From Escherichia phage teqhal: a stretch of DNA of 64,000 nt. The DNA is taken from the sequence record MN895435.1. One strand, given 5' to 3'. Of this stretch, positions 1 through 10,074 are shown one piece after another; the first letter of the stretch is position 1; the number at the start of each line of letters is the position of its first letter. Below the pieces are notes generated by a model that was not told the origin of the DNA, searched no databases, and saw nothing but the letters and a program-made list of their open reading frames with translations. The position numbers and the translations under genes are program-made.

Positions 1-22
1 TAAGGGCTTCGGCCCTTTTTGG
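1..22 (+). terminator. GC hairpin with UUCG-type loop (GGGCTTCGGCCC) followed by T-run
   Basis: palindrome plus T tract at window start; same hairpin family recurs between genes. Confidence 0.5.
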
Positions 23-55
23 ATAATAAAATTTTAACGTAATTGAGGATAATGT

Positions 56-382
56 ATGACTATTCAAATTAAAAACGCCATCAATTCTTACGCATATGAT
101 AAAGTAGTTTCTTTGCTAGAAAAAGGCGATATTGTAACTCCTCAAATTTTGGATAAATGGGAAAAAGAGCTTCATCAGACGATGAAACAGAATGATCAGA
201 AGATTGGACGTAATACTATCCGTGAATTGTTGGTTCAATATATCTTGTCAGAATTTGATGTTAAAGCTTTTGGTGTAGAATCTAAAGCTTATCAAAAGCA
301 TGAAATTTCCGATAAAACTATTCGTCGCATGAAAAATCAACGCAAGAAAAAATTTGCAGACCTGAAAATTACTAAGGTATAA
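56..382 (+). CDS. hypothetical early protein (55.x-like)
   Basis: 108 aa ORF with GAGG RBS upstream; no recognised family. Confidence 0.5.
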   Translation: MTIQIKNAINSYAYDKVVSLLEKGDIVTPQILDKWEKELHQTMKQNDQKIGRNTIRELLVQYILSEFDVKAFGVESKAYQKHEISDKTIRRMKNQRKKKFADLKITKV

Positions 383-384
383 TT

Positions 385-600
385 ATGAACGAAGCTCTTA
401 TTAACGATTTACGTCTCGCTGGGTATGAAGTAAATACAAATGACATTGGTTTAACTCAAATTGAAGGAAACGGATTCATCCTTGAGTATGAATTTAGCCA
501 ATGGTGGTTATATGCCAATTATGGCGAATTGATTGAATATGTTGACCAATTTGATTCACTAGATGCAGCTCTTGAAGCGGCTAAGTTGATGAATGTATGA
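385..600 (+). CDS. hypothetical early protein
   Basis: 71 aa ORF tightly packed after previous gene. Confidence 0.45.
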   Translation: MNEALINDLRLAGYEVNTNDIGLTQIEGNGFILEYEFSQWWLYANYGELIEYVDQFDSLDAALEAAKLMNV

Positions 601-866
601 AATTTATTAATATTTCTATTACTATTGAAAATTATGGCATTTTCTATGTTGACCAATACATGAAAATTTCATTTTTCCCAAATAAGACTGGTGTTGGATA
701 TTGGGAAAGCCATGTTTCTGAATTAAATGAAAGTGAATATGTTAGTACACATGAAAAGTTTTTAGACTTTTTATATCATGCTGATCTAACTAGTCATTAT
801 ATAGATATTCATGAATTTAAAAAGATGATGGAGAAAGTGTTCCAAGCATACTGTTTACTTAGATAA
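597..866 (+). CDS. hypothetical early protein
   Basis: 89 aa ORF, ATGA stop/start overlap with upstream gene. Confidence 0.45.
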   Translation: MKFINISITIENYGIFYVDQYMKISFFPNKTGVGYWESHVSELNESEYVSTHEKFLDFLYHADLTSHYIDIHEFKKMMEKVFQAYCLLR

Positions 867-944
867 CTGATATCCTCTATGCTTTAAGATAGATCTTCAA
901 ATATTATGATATAATAGATCTATGAATTGAGCTAAGAGGTGAAA

Positions 945-1502
945 ATGTCAGAAACTAAGCCTAAATATAATTACGTAAACAATAAAGAGCTTTTACAAGC
1001 TATTATTGATTGGAAAACAGAATTAGCAAATAATAAAGACCCAAATAAAGTAGTTCGTCAGAATGATACTATCGGATTAGCCATTATGCTTATTGCAGAA
1101 GGCTTATCTAAACGTTTCAACTTTTCAGGATACACCCAGTCTTGGAAACAAGAAATGATTGCAGATGGTATAGAAGCTTCTATTAAGGGGCTTCACAATT
1201 TTGATGAAACGAAATATAAAAACCCGCATGCATATATAACTCAAGCTTGTTTTAATGCATTCGTCCAACGTATTAAAAAAGAACGTAAGGAAGTTGCAAA
1301 GAAATACAGTTACTTCGTTCACAATGTCTATGACAGCCGTGACGACGATATGGTTGCGTTAGTAGATGAAACTTTTATTCAAGACATCTACGATAAAATG
1401 ACGCATTACGAAGAATCAACCTATAGAACACCGGGGGCTGAAAAGAAAAGTGTTGTAGACGATTCTCCTAGTTTGGATTTTTTATATGAGGCTAACGATT
1501 AA
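945..1502 (+). CDS. 55: late-transcription sigma factor gp55
   Basis: 185 aa from ATG 945 (track ORF begins at upstream GTG 939); [23 protein letters not shown] matches remembered T4 gp55; RBS AAGAGGTGAAA. Confidence 0.9.
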
Positions 1503-1704
1503 CCTCTCCGGATTCTTGGAAGAAATACCTGAAGTTGAAGCTATTCCCTATTTACTTAAAATGTATCTCAGGGAAGTTTTAGCTCTTGACATTGATATTG
1601 ATCCAGAAAATCCGTATGATACCGCTTTTAAATCTAATGGTGTAGAATTAAATTACAGGTATCATTTAACAGATGATGATTTTTATTTTATATTAGAGAA
1701 ATAA
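1486..1704 (+). CDS. hypothetical protein (a-gt.x-like)
   Basis: 72 aa ORF overlapping 3' end of gene 55; start uncertain. Confidence 0.3.
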
Positions 1705-1705
1705 T

Positions 1706-2023
1706 ATGACTGATAAACCCGAAATTAATGATGAAGTGGAAAAGCTTATTTCTTCTATTGAAGAAAAGAACCGTCTTGAAGCAGAAAGAAAAGCAAATAA
1801 GTTATTGTCTAAAAACAAACGCGAACTGAATCGTCTTTATAAGCACGCTCAGATTGCAGCTGAAAACAATAATTTTGCTCAATACGAATATGCTATCAAG
1901 AAAAGTCGGGATATTCTAAAACAGCCATATAACGATGAACTCATCAGTATTCTTTGGAAGACTACTAGATCGCAAATTGAGGATATGATTGATGCTTACA
2001 CACGTAAAATTCAAGCGTCTTAA
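1706..2023 (+). CDS. hypothetical protein (a-gt.x-like)
   Basis: 105 aa ORF, charged coiled-coil-like. Confidence 0.5.
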   Translation: MTDKPEINDEVEKLISSIEEKNRLEAERKANKLLSKNKRELNRLYKHAQIAAENNNFAQYEYAIKKSRDILKQPYNDELISILWKTTRSQIEDMIDAYTRKIQAS

Positions 2024-2195
2024 AATTAATGCAGGATTTACTGAATCTTTGAATGGTCATCTTTGTGTGAAAATTTCTGAAAAAGAATACCATGATAGTT
2101 CAATTAAAGAAGTTAATCCTCCTATTGTAAGAGCAGACCCTAATATGAAAGTGTGGGTTGATTCTTATCAAGTCAAAAAATGGTGGCAGTTATGA
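1989..2195 (+). CDS. hypothetical protein
   Basis: 68 aa ORF overlapping previous gene. Confidence 0.35.
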   Translation: MMLTHVKFKRLKINAGFTESLNGHLCVKISEKEYHDSSIKEVNPPIVRADPNMKVWVDSYQVKKWWQL

Positions 2196-2371
2196 AAGAT
2201 GAACACCCAGACTTCTGAAATAGATTATAATAAAATTCGTTCCTCTAAAGAGGAAATGATGAGACTCTTTAAAGCGTCTCATGATAAAGCTAAAGCAGAA
2301 GGAACTATAAAATATAAGCGCATAAAATTTAAAAGTTCTAACGAGCCTCTGTATGGCGTATTATGTGGATA

Positions 2372-2385
2372 GGAGCTTCGGCTCC
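2372..2385 (+). terminator. UUCG-loop hairpin GGAGCTTCGGCTCC
   Basis: perfect palindrome in intergenic region upstream of a-gt. Confidence 0.4.
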
Positions 2386-2388
2386 TAT

Positions 2389-2415
2389 ATTGCTTTATAA
2401 ATTTTTGGTAAAATA
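2389..2415 (+). promoter_or_regulatory. possible MotA-dependent middle promoter (TGCTTTA box)
   Basis: ATTGCTTTA about 12 nt upstream of TAAAAT, upstream of a-gt. Confidence 0.35.
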
Positions 2416-2438
2416 AACCAAAACAAAGAGGATATTAA

Positions 2439-3641
2439 ATGAAAGTATGTATTTTTATGGCTCGAGGTCTTGAAGGTTGTGGTGTAACTAAATTTTCTCT
2501 TGAGCAACGTGATTGGTTTATTAAGAATGGTCATGAAGTAACTTTGGTTTATGCTAAAGATAAATCATTTACTCGTAATTGCGCGCATGATTATAAATCA
2601 TTTTCAATTCCGGTTTTATTGGCAAAAGAATATGATAAAACACTTAAGCTGGTAAATGATTGTGATATTCTAATTATCAATTCAGTTCCTGCTACTTCGG
2701 TTGAAGAAGACACTATTAATAACTATAAAAAAATTATTGATAACATTAAACCTTCTGTTCGTGTTGTAGTTTATCAACATGACCATTCTTCTCTTTCTTT
2801 GCGTCGAAATTTGGGATTAGAAGAAACTGTTCGTCGAGCTGATGTTATTTTTAGTCATTCTGATAATGGTGATTTTAATAAAGTTCTGATGAAAGAATGG
2901 TATCCAGAAACTGTTTCTCTGTTTGATGATATTGAAGAAGCACCGACCGTATACAACTTTCAGCCTCCTATGGATATTGCGAAGGTTCGATCAACATACT
3001 GGAAAGATGTTTCTGAAATTAACATGAATGTTAACCGTTGGATTGGTCGTACGACTACATGGAAAGGTTTTTATCAGATGTTTGATTTTCACGAAAAACA
3101 TCTTAAACCTGCAGGACTAAGTACTATTATGGAAGGTCTGGAACGTTCTCCAGCGTTCATTCCTATTAAAGAAAAAGGAATTCCATACGAGTATTATCGT
3201 CTTCATCAAGTAGACCAAATTAAAATTGCTCCTAATTTGCCAACGCAAATTCTTGATCGTTATGTAAATAGCGAAATGCTTGAACGCATGAGTAAATCCG
3301 GTTTTGGTTATCAGTTGAGTAAGTTGGATAAAAAATATCTACAACGTTCTTTAGAATATACTCATCTCGAGCTTGGTGCATGTGGAACAATTCCGGTATT
3401 TTGGAAATCTACTGGCGAAAATTTAAAATTCCGTGTTGATAATAATCCTTTGACCTCGCATGATAGCGGTATCATTTGGTTTGATGAAAATGATATGGAA
3501 TCAACATTCGAGCGTATTAAAGAACTGTCATCTGACCGAGCTCTTTATGACCGTGAGCGAGAAAAAGCATATGAATTTTTGTATCAGCATCAAGATTCAA
3601 GCTTCTGCTTTAAAGAACAGTTTGACATTATTACAAAATAA
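2439..3641 (+). CDS. a-gt: HMC alpha-glucosyltransferase
   Basis: 400 aa, MKVCIFMARGLEGCGVTKFSLEQRDWFIKNGHEVTLVYAKDK matches remembered T4 alpha-gt. Confidence 0.85.
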   Translation: MKVCIFMARGLEGCGVTKFSLEQRDWFIKNGHEVTLVYAKDKSFTRNCAHDYKSFSIPVLLAKEYDKTLKLVNDCDILIINSVPATSVEEDTINNYKKIIDNIKPSVRVVVYQHDHSSLSLRRNLGLEETVRRADVIFSHSDNGDFNKVLMKEWYPETVSLFDDIEEAPTVYNFQPPMDIAKVRSTYWKDVSEINMNVNRWIGRTTTWKGFYQMFDFHEKHLKPAGLSTIMEGLERSPAFIPIKEKGIPYEYYRLHQVDQIKIAPNLPTQILDRYVNSEMLERMSKSGFGYQLSKLDKKYLQRSLEYTHLELGACGTIPVFWKSTGENLKFRVDNNPLTSHDSGIIWFDENDMESTFERIKELSSDRALYDREREKAYEFLYQHQDSSFCFKEQFDIITK

Positions 3642-3660
3642 AGGGCTTCGGCCCTTTAGC
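3641..3660 (+). terminator. UUCG-loop hairpin AAGGGCTTCGGCCCTT
   Basis: palindrome directly after a-gt stop. Confidence 0.55.
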
Positions 3661-3817
3661 TTTATACGGAGTTTGATATAATGATATTTCTTGGATATGT
3701 GATACTTTTTCTTGCATTTTATCTATTCACTAGAGCATGTTGGATTGGGTTCTTTAGTACTCCAGATGGATTTATTTCAATAATTTTATTTTGCATTTCA
3801 ATGACGGTTCTTGATAT

Positions 3818-4837
3818 ATGAAAATTTTAAATTTAGGTGATTGGCATTTAGGCGTTAAAGCCGATGATGAGTGGGTTCAATCCATTCAGTTGGATGGAAT
3901 TAAACAAGCAATAGAATATTCTAAGAAAAATGGAATTACTACCTGGATTCAATACGGTGATATTTTTGATGTGCGAAAAGCAATCACACACAAAACTATG
4001 GAGTTCGCCCGTGAAATAGTTCAAATGCTTGATGATGCTGGTATTACCCTACATACTATTGTAGGAAACCATGATATGCACTTTAAAAATACTTTAACTC
4101 CAAATGCCTCTACTGAGCTTTTGGCTAAATATCCTAATGTTAAAGTATATGATAAGCCTACTACAGTAGATTTTGACGGATGTTTAATTGATTTAATTCC
4201 TTGGATGTGTGAAGAAAATACTGGTGAAATTCTTGAGCATATCAAAACTTCATCTGCTTCTTTTTGTGTTGGTCACTGGGAACTGAATGGATTTTATTTT
4301 TATAAAGGAATGAAATCTCACGGTCTTGAACCTGATTTCCTTAAGACTTATAAAGAAGTGTGGTCTGGTCACTTCCATACTATTTCTGAGGCTGCAAACG
4401 TCAGATATATTGGGACACCATGGACACTAACTGCAGGTGACGAGAATGACCCTCGTGGGTTCTGGATGTTTGATACAGAAACAGAACGAATGGAATTTAT
4501 TCCAAACAACACTACTTGGCATCGTAGAATTCATTATCCATTTAAAGGAAAAATTGACTATAAAGATTTTACAAATCTATCAGTACGTGTTATAGTAACT
4601 GAAGTAGACAAAAATCTGACGAAGTTCGAATCTGAACTAGAAAAAGTTGTGCATTCATTACGAGTTGTGTCAAAGATTGATAACTCTGTCGAGTCAGATG
4701 ACAGTGAAGAAGTTGAAGTTCAATCTCTTCAGACGTTGATGGAAGAATACATTAATGCAATTCCAGACATCACTGATTCTGACCGTGAAGCACTTATTCA
4801 ATATGCAAATCAGTTATATGTAGAGGCAACACAATGA
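3818..4837 (+). CDS. 47: recombination/repair nuclease gp47 (Mre11-like)
   Basis: 339 aa, phosphoesterase motifs GDWH and GNHD, T4 gp47 length. Confidence 0.9.
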   Translation: MKILNLGDWHLGVKADDEWVQSIQLDGIKQAIEYSKKNGITTWIQYGDIFDVRKAITHKTMEFAREIVQMLDDAGITLHTIVGNHDMHFKNTLTPNASTELLAKYPNVKVYDKPTTVDFDGCLIDLIPWMCEENTGEILEHIKTSSASFCVGHWELNGFYFYKGMKSHGLEPDFLKTYKEVWSGHFHTISEAANVRYIGTPWTLTAGDENDPRGFWMFDTETERMEFIPNNTTWHRRIHYPFKGKIDYKDFTNLSVRVIVTEVDKNLTKFESELEKVVHSLRVVSKIDNSVESDDSEEVEVQSLQTLMEEYINAIPDITDSDREALIQYANQLYVEATQ

Positions 4838-5097
4838 CTTTTGATGAATTTAAAAATGTTATGATGAGTCAGCATTTTGAATGCGAAGTAAAAGATGATA
4901 TTGGTCATAAAGAAATTATTGAATATTGGTTTGAACCGCTAGAGGTTGAAGATAATTGTATTAAAAAGGTTACAGTCTGCACTGACTGGGCTGTATCTTT
5001 TAACTTCAACATTTTAGATAATGACACACCTAAATCATTACGAGATATGGCTGTATCTTGTATTAAGGATGCATACTGTGAAGTTTTCGACATTTGA
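4834..5097 (+). CDS. hypothetical protein
   Basis: 87 aa ORF overlapping gp47 stop. Confidence 0.4.
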   Translation: MTFDEFKNVMMSQHFECEVKDDIGHKEIIEYWFEPLEVEDNCIKKVTVCTDWAVSFNFNILDNDTPKSLRDMAVSCIKDAYCEVFDI

Positions 5098-5280
5098 CAT
5101 TAATGATGAATTCATAGCAAACATTGATTATACCGAAGAAGATTCTAGATATGTTGGAATAATTTATATTACATCAAAAACAGCACAAGGCGTTGTTTGC
5201 ATGGCTGAATTTGATGAATACTTTTTAGATTATGATGATATGATAGAATGGTCTAAAAGATACATTAAAAGGAATCTTTT

Positions 5281-6969
5281 GTGAAGAATTTTAAACTAAA
5301 CCGAGTTAGGTATCAAAATATAATGTCAGTAGGTGGAAATCCTATTGACATTCAATTAGATAAGGTTCAAAAAACTCTTATTACTGGACGAAATGGCGGT
5401 GGTAAGTCTACTATGTTAGAAGCCATCACATTTGGGCTTTTTGGCAAGCCATTTCGTGATGTAAAGAAAGGCCAATTAATAAACAGCACAAATAAGAAAG
5501 AACTTTTAGTTGAACTGTGGATGGAATATGATGAGAAAAAGTACTATATCAAAAGAGGACAAAAACCGAACGTTTTTGAAATCACCGTTAACGGTACACG
5601 TCTTAATGAATCTGCCAGCAGTAAAGATTTCCAAGCAGAATTTGAACAGCTTATCGGAATGTCATATGCCAGTTTCAAGCAGATTGTTGTCCTTGGTACA
5701 GCAGGGTATACCCCTTTCATGGGTTTGTCGACCCCTGCGCGAAGAAAGCTTGTGGAAGACCTGCTTGAGGTAGGAACATTAGCTGAAATGGATAAGCTTA
5801 ATAAAGCACTAATACGTGAATTAAATTCACAAAACCAAGTGCTTGACGTTAAAAAAGATAGTATTATCCAACAAATTAAAATATATAATGATAACGTTGA
5901 ACGCCAGAAAAAATTAACGGGTGACAACCTTACTCGTCTGCAAAATATGTATGATGATTTGGCAAAAGAAGCTAGAACGCTAAAATCGGAAATAGAAGAA
6001 GCTAACGAAAGATTAGTTAATATTGTTTTAGATGAAGACCCGACTGATGCATTTAATAAAATCGGTCAAGAAGCAGTTTTAATTAAATCAAAAATTGACT
6101 CGTATAATAAAGTCATTAATATGTATCACGAAGGTGGATTATGTCCAACCTGTTTGTCACAATTGAGTTCCGGTGATAAAGTTGTTTCTAAAATTAAAGA
6201 TAAAGTTTCTGAATGTACGCATTCGTTTGAACAGCTTTCAACACATCGTGATAATTTAAAAGTTCTTGTTGATGAATACCGAGATAATATTAAAACCCAA
6301 CAATCGTTGGCAAATGATATTCGCAATAAAAAGCAATCTCTAATCACGACGGTAGATAAAGCTAAAAAAGTTAAAGCGGCTATAGAAAAAGCATCTTCTG
6401 AGTTTATTGACCATGCTGATGAAATAGCACTGCTTCAAGAAGAACTTGATAAAATTGTTAAGACAAAAACTAATTTAGTAATGGAAAAATACCACCGAGG
6501 AATTTTGACTGATATGCTCAAAGATTCTGGTATTAAAGGTGCTATTATTAAAAAGTACATTCCATTATTTAATAAGCAGATTAACCATTATCTTAAAATA
6601 ATGGAAGCGGATTATGTGTTTACATTAGATGAAGAATTTAATGAGACAATTAAATCCCGTGGTCGCGAAGATTTTAGTTATGCTTCATTCAGTCAAGGTG
6701 AAAAAGCACGAATTGATATTGCTCTTTTATTTACTTGGCGTGATATTGCTGAAAAAGTTTCAGGTGTTAAAATAAGTTGTTTATTTCTTGATGAAGTGTA
6801 TGACGGTGCATTTGATGCTGAAGGTATTAAAAATGTAGCTAAAATTTTAGATGGTTTGAAGGATACCAACTTCTTCATAATTTCGCATAAAGACCATGAC
6901 CCACAAGAATATGGTCAGCATATTCAGATGGAAAAAGTTGGTAGATTTAGTTTAGCTAAGATTAGCTAG
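5281..6969 (+). CDS. 46: recombination/repair ATPase gp46 (Rad50-like)
   Basis: 562 aa, GTG start, Walker A GRNGGGKST, long coiled coil, CPTC zinc hook. Confidence 0.9.
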   Translation: MKNFKLNRVRYQNIMSVGGNPIDIQLDKVQKTLITGRNGGGKSTMLEAITFGLFGKPFRDVKKGQLINSTNKKELLVELWMEYDEKKYYIKRGQKPNVFEITVNGTRLNESASSKDFQAEFEQLIGMSYASFKQIVVLGTAGYTPFMGLSTPARRKLVEDLLEVGTLAEMDKLNKALIRELNSQNQVLDVKKDSIIQQIKIYNDNVERQKKLTGDNLTRLQNMYDDLAKEARTLKSEIEEANERLVNIVLDEDPTDAFNKIGQEAVLIKSKIDSYNKVINMYHEGGLCPTCLSQLSSGDKVVSKIKDKVSECTHSFEQLSTHRDNLKVLVDEYRDNIKTQQSLANDIRNKKQSLITTVDKAKKVKAAIEKASSEFIDHADEIALLQEELDKIVKTKTNLVMEKYHRGILTDMLKDSGIKGAIIKKYIPLFNKQINHYLKIMEADYVFTLDEEFNETIKSRGREDFSYASFSQGEKARIDIALLFTWRDIAEKVSGVKISCLFLDEVYDGAFDAEGIKNVAKILDGLKDTNFFIISHKDHDPQEYGQHIQMEKVGRFSLAKIS

Positions 6970-7678
6970 GTTTATATTTACAGTTATCATTATGCCACCT
7001 TGATAAATTTCCGAAAGTGGTAACTTTACCACAATGGACGCAAGTACCAGTCTTTTCAGTTTTCTTGCGTCCATTTGGATTTTTCTTGCAGAAATTTCTA
7101 TGTGCTGCGATAACGCATTTCTTGCCTATCATTCCGCAGAATTCGCAGGATGTTTCTTCAAGAATGATTGCTTTAAGCCCGTTTGAGATATTATTTCTGT
7201 GTTCTTTAGACATCGGTGGTCTAACTTTAGGATTAGGGTGATTCGGGCAGTTATCAAAATGCCATCGATTCATATTCCCGCTTAATCCAGACTTACCGCA
7301 ATGAGGACAAGTTAGTCTTGCTTTATTAGCTACTGCATCAGACATTTTCTTTCGTGTCTCCTGGGAGAATTCTTTATTCTTTTCTATTTCCCAGAGTTTA
7401 CGACGAATCCAACCGAAAGTTTTATTGTTGCGTTTAGCGTATTTCGTGGAAACTGTCATCATGTTAGCAGCATAGACTAATTTTGGTTCAGAAGGATAAA
7501 TTTTTACTAAAAGTTGATGAGCTACATAGTGCTCTTCTGGTGTTAAATCTACTAAGTTTGAAGCATCATCGCTGCCATTTAAACAGCGTGGTATAATGTG
7601 ATGAGATTCAGTATAGCAATCAAGTTTTCGAGATTTAGCATTAGAGATTAACTTTTCATAAATTAGTTTATAATTCAT
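6962..7678 (-). CDS. HNH homing endonuclease with three C-terminal zinc-finger repeats
   Basis: 238 aa; HNH core ESHHIIPRCLNGSDDASNLVDLTPEEHYVAHQ; three CxxCGK(x10-12)RWHxDNC-like repeats; antisense to flanking genes. Confidence 0.75.
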   Translation of the reverse strand: MNYKLIYEKLISNAKSRKLDCYTESHHIIPRCLNGSDDASNLVDLTPEEHYVAHQLLVKIYPSEPKLVYAANMMTVSTKYAKRNNKTFGWIRRKLWEIEKNKEFSQETRKKMSDAVANKARLTCPHCGKSGLSGNMNRWHFDNCPNHPNPKVRPPMSKEHRNNISNGLKAIILEETSCEFCGMIGKKCVIAAHRNFCKKNPNGRKKTEKTGTCVHCGKVTTFGNLSRWHNDNCKYKPS

Positions 7679-7711
7679 AACATATCCTTTTGATACAGCG
7701 AGTGATAAACA

Positions 7712-7719
7712 TATTTATA
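7712..7719 (-). promoter_or_regulatory. late promoter TATAAATA (minus strand) for the HNH gene
   Basis: plus-strand TATTTATA about 33 nt upstream of the HNH ATG. Confidence 0.55.
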
Positions 7720-7729
7720 CGGAGGAACT

Positions 7730-7921
7730 GTGGCAGAATATTCAACTGGACAGCATCTATTAACTATTCCTGAAATAAAACGATATATTCTGAGAAATAA
7801 TTTTTCTAATGAAGAGCATATAGTTACTGAATCTATGCTTAGGAATGCATTTAAATCAGAATATACAAAAATAATGTCCAATAGAAATGAAGCTTGGACT
7901 GTTACTGATTATTATGACTAA
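7730..7921 (+). CDS. hypothetical protein (45.2-like)
   Basis: 63 aa ORF with GGAGG RBS, at the T4 45.2 position. Confidence 0.5.
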   Translation: MAEYSTGQHLLTIPEIKRYILRNNFSNEEHIVTESMLRNAFKSEYTKIMSNRNEAWTVTDYYD

Positions 7922-7930
7922 AGGTGTATT

Positions 7931-8320
7931 ATGACTAAAATTACTGTGAATTATACTGTTGATGTAAAAGATATTCAGCCAAAACACGTGCGTTCTGAAT
8001 CAAATCCACAAAACCAAAATAAAATTCGTCGAGCATGGGTTTTGTCTCTTTCTGATAACGCAATGGAAGTTATTCAGAACAAAATTAAATCTGCACCTGC
8101 TCGTCATGTGTATTATGAAGCTATCGATCGTGAAGTAAGTAATAAATGGATTGAACTAATGCGCAAACATACTACAGAATCCCTAAACGCCGGTGCTAAA
8201 TTTATTATGACTTCATGTGGTGAACGCCTTGAAGATGAATATTGCGGCAATGCAGATGAACGTCTGATTGTTGCTGCTCAAATTGTTGCCGAAACAATCG
8301 CAGCTGATTTTAATCGTTAA
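7931..8320 (+). CDS. rpbA: RNA polymerase-binding protein RpbA
   Basis: 129 aa, position between 46 and 45, T4 RpbA length. Confidence 0.75.
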   Translation: MTKITVNYTVDVKDIQPKHVRSESNPQNQNKIRRAWVLSLSDNAMEVIQNKIKSAPARHVYYEAIDREVSNKWIELMRKHTTESLNAGAKFIMTSCGERLEDEYCGNADERLIVAAQIVAETIAADFNR

Positions 8321-8346
8321 TTGCTTTATTTAATTAGTTATAAAAT
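8319..8346 (+). promoter_or_regulatory. MotA-dependent middle promoter upstream of gene 45
   Basis: MotA box TTGCTTTA followed about 10 nt later by TATAAA. Confidence 0.5.
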
Positions 8347-8375
8347 TAAATCTCATTTGAATTGAAGGAAATTAC

Positions 8376-9062
8376 ATGAAACTGTCTAAAGATACTACTG
8401 CTCTGCTTAAAAATTTCGCTACTATTAACTCTGGTATTATGCTTAAATCAGGTCAATTTATTATGACTCGCGCAGTTAATGGTACAACTTATGCGGAAGC
8501 AAATATTTCTGACGTTATTGATTTTGATGTAGCAATTTACGATTTGAACGGTTTTCTCGGTATTCTGTCTCTAGTTAATGATGATGCAGAAATTTCCCAG
8601 TCAGAAGATGGAAATATTAAAATTGCTGATGCCCGCTCAACAATTTTTTGGCCAGCAGCCGATCCGAGTACAGTAGTTGCTCCTAATAAACCAATTCCAT
8701 TCCCGGTAGCATCTGTTGTTACCGAAATTAAAGCTGAAGACCTTCAACAGCTGTTGCGTGTATCTCGTGGTCTGCAAATTGATACAATTGCTATCACGGT
8801 AAAAGAAGGTAAAATCGTAATTAACGGTTTTAATAAAGTAGAAGATTCTGCTTTGACACGTGTTAAATATTCTTTGACTCTTGGTGATTATGATGGTGAA
8901 AATACATTTAATTTCATTATCAATATGGCAAATATGAAAATGCAACCAGGAAATTATAAACTTCTGCTTTGGGCAAAAGGTAAACAAGGCGCTGCTAAAT
9001 TTGAAGGTGAACATGCGAATTATGTAGTAGCTCTTGAAGCTGATTCTACCCACGATTTTTAA
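8376..9062 (+). CDS. 45: sliding clamp gp45
   Basis: 228 aa, MKLSKDTTALLKNFATINSGIMLK matches remembered T4 gp45. Confidence 0.95.
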   Translation: MKLSKDTTALLKNFATINSGIMLKSGQFIMTRAVNGTTYAEANISDVIDFDVAIYDLNGFLGILSLVNDDAEISQSEDGNIKIADARSTIFWPAADPSTVVAPNKPIPFPVASVVTEIKAEDLQQLLRVSRGLQIDTIAITVKEGKIVINGFNKVEDSALTRVKYSLTLGDYDGENTFNFIINMANMKMQPGNYKLLLWAKGKQGAAKFEGEHANYVVALEADSTHDF

Positions 9063-9064
9063 TA

Positions 9065-9085
9065 AAGGGCTTCGGCCCTTTATAA
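9065..9085 (+). terminator. UUCG-loop hairpin AAAGGGCTTCGGCCCTTT
   Basis: palindrome directly after gene 45 stop. Confidence 0.55.
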
Positions 9086-9113
9086 TTTACACTAAAACTT
9101 GAATGAGGAAATT

Positions 9114-10073
9114 ATGATTACCGTAAATGAAAAAGAACACATTCTTGAACAGAAATATCGTCCATCTACTATCGATGAATGTATTCTTCCCGCCTTTGAT
9201 AAAGAAACCTTTAAATCTATTACAAGTAAAGGTAAGATTCCACATATTATTCTTCATTCTCCTTCTCCAGGAACAGGTAAAACAACTGTAGCAAAAGCAT
9301 TGTGTCATGATGTAAATGCTGATATGATGTTTGTAAATGGATCAGACTGTAAAATTGATTTCGTTCGTGGTCCTTTAACTAATTTTGCGAGTGCAGCTTC
9401 ATTTGATGGTCGTCAAAAAGTAATCGTTATTGATGAATTTGACCGCTCAGGTTTAGCAGAATCTCAGCGACATCTTCGTTCCTTTATGGAAGCTTATAGT
9501 TCAAACTGTAGTATTATTATTACTGCTAACAATATTGATGGTATTATTAAACCACTTCAGTCACGCTGCCGAGTTATTACGTTCGGTCAACCGACCGATG
9601 AAGATAAAATTGAAATGATGAAGCAGATGATTCGTCGATTGACTGAAATCTGTAAACATGAAGGTATTGCTATAGCTGATATGAAAGTTGTAGCAGCTTT
9701 GGTTAAAAAGAATTTTCCTGATTTTCGTAAAACTATTGGCGAGCTCGATAGTTATTCATCTAAAGGTGTTTTGGATGCTGGTATTTTATCACTGGTTACT
9801 AACGATCGTGGTGCTATTGATGATGTTCTTGAGTCTCTCAAAAATAAAGATGTTAAACAACTCAGAGCTTTAGCACCAAAATATGCAGCCGATTATTCGT
9901 GGTTCGTGGGTAAACTTGCCGAAGAAATCTATTCACGTGTAACACCACAGAGTATTATTCGTATGTACGAAATTGTCGGCGAAAATAATCAGTATCATGG
10001 TATTGCAGCTAATACTGAATTGCATTTAGCTTATCTTTTCATTCAATTAGCATGCGAAATGCAGTGGAAGTGA
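9114..10073 (+). CDS. 44: clamp loader large subunit gp44 (AAA+)
   Basis: 319 aa from ATG 9114 (track ORF starts 9099); Walker A SPGTGKTT. Confidence 0.9.
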
Positions 10074-10074
10074 T

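Larger units (their letters stand above)
6962..7729 (-). mobile_element. putative free-standing homing-endonuclease cassette between genes 46 and 45.2/rpbA
   Basis: single antisense HNH gene with its own late promoter in an otherwise co-directional early block. Confidence 0.5.

Noticed and set aside
8637-9053. 138 aa minus-strand ORF inside gene 45 (similar antisense ORFs at 1125..1322, 4021..4245, 5544..5927, 12414..12701, 32521..33196, 39792..40154 and 43715..44065)
   Set aside because: Each lies wholly inside a well-supported plus-strand gene, lacks an RBS and is low-complexity or Phe/Ile-rich, as expected from translating an AT-rich antisense strand. Judged to be chance ORFs.
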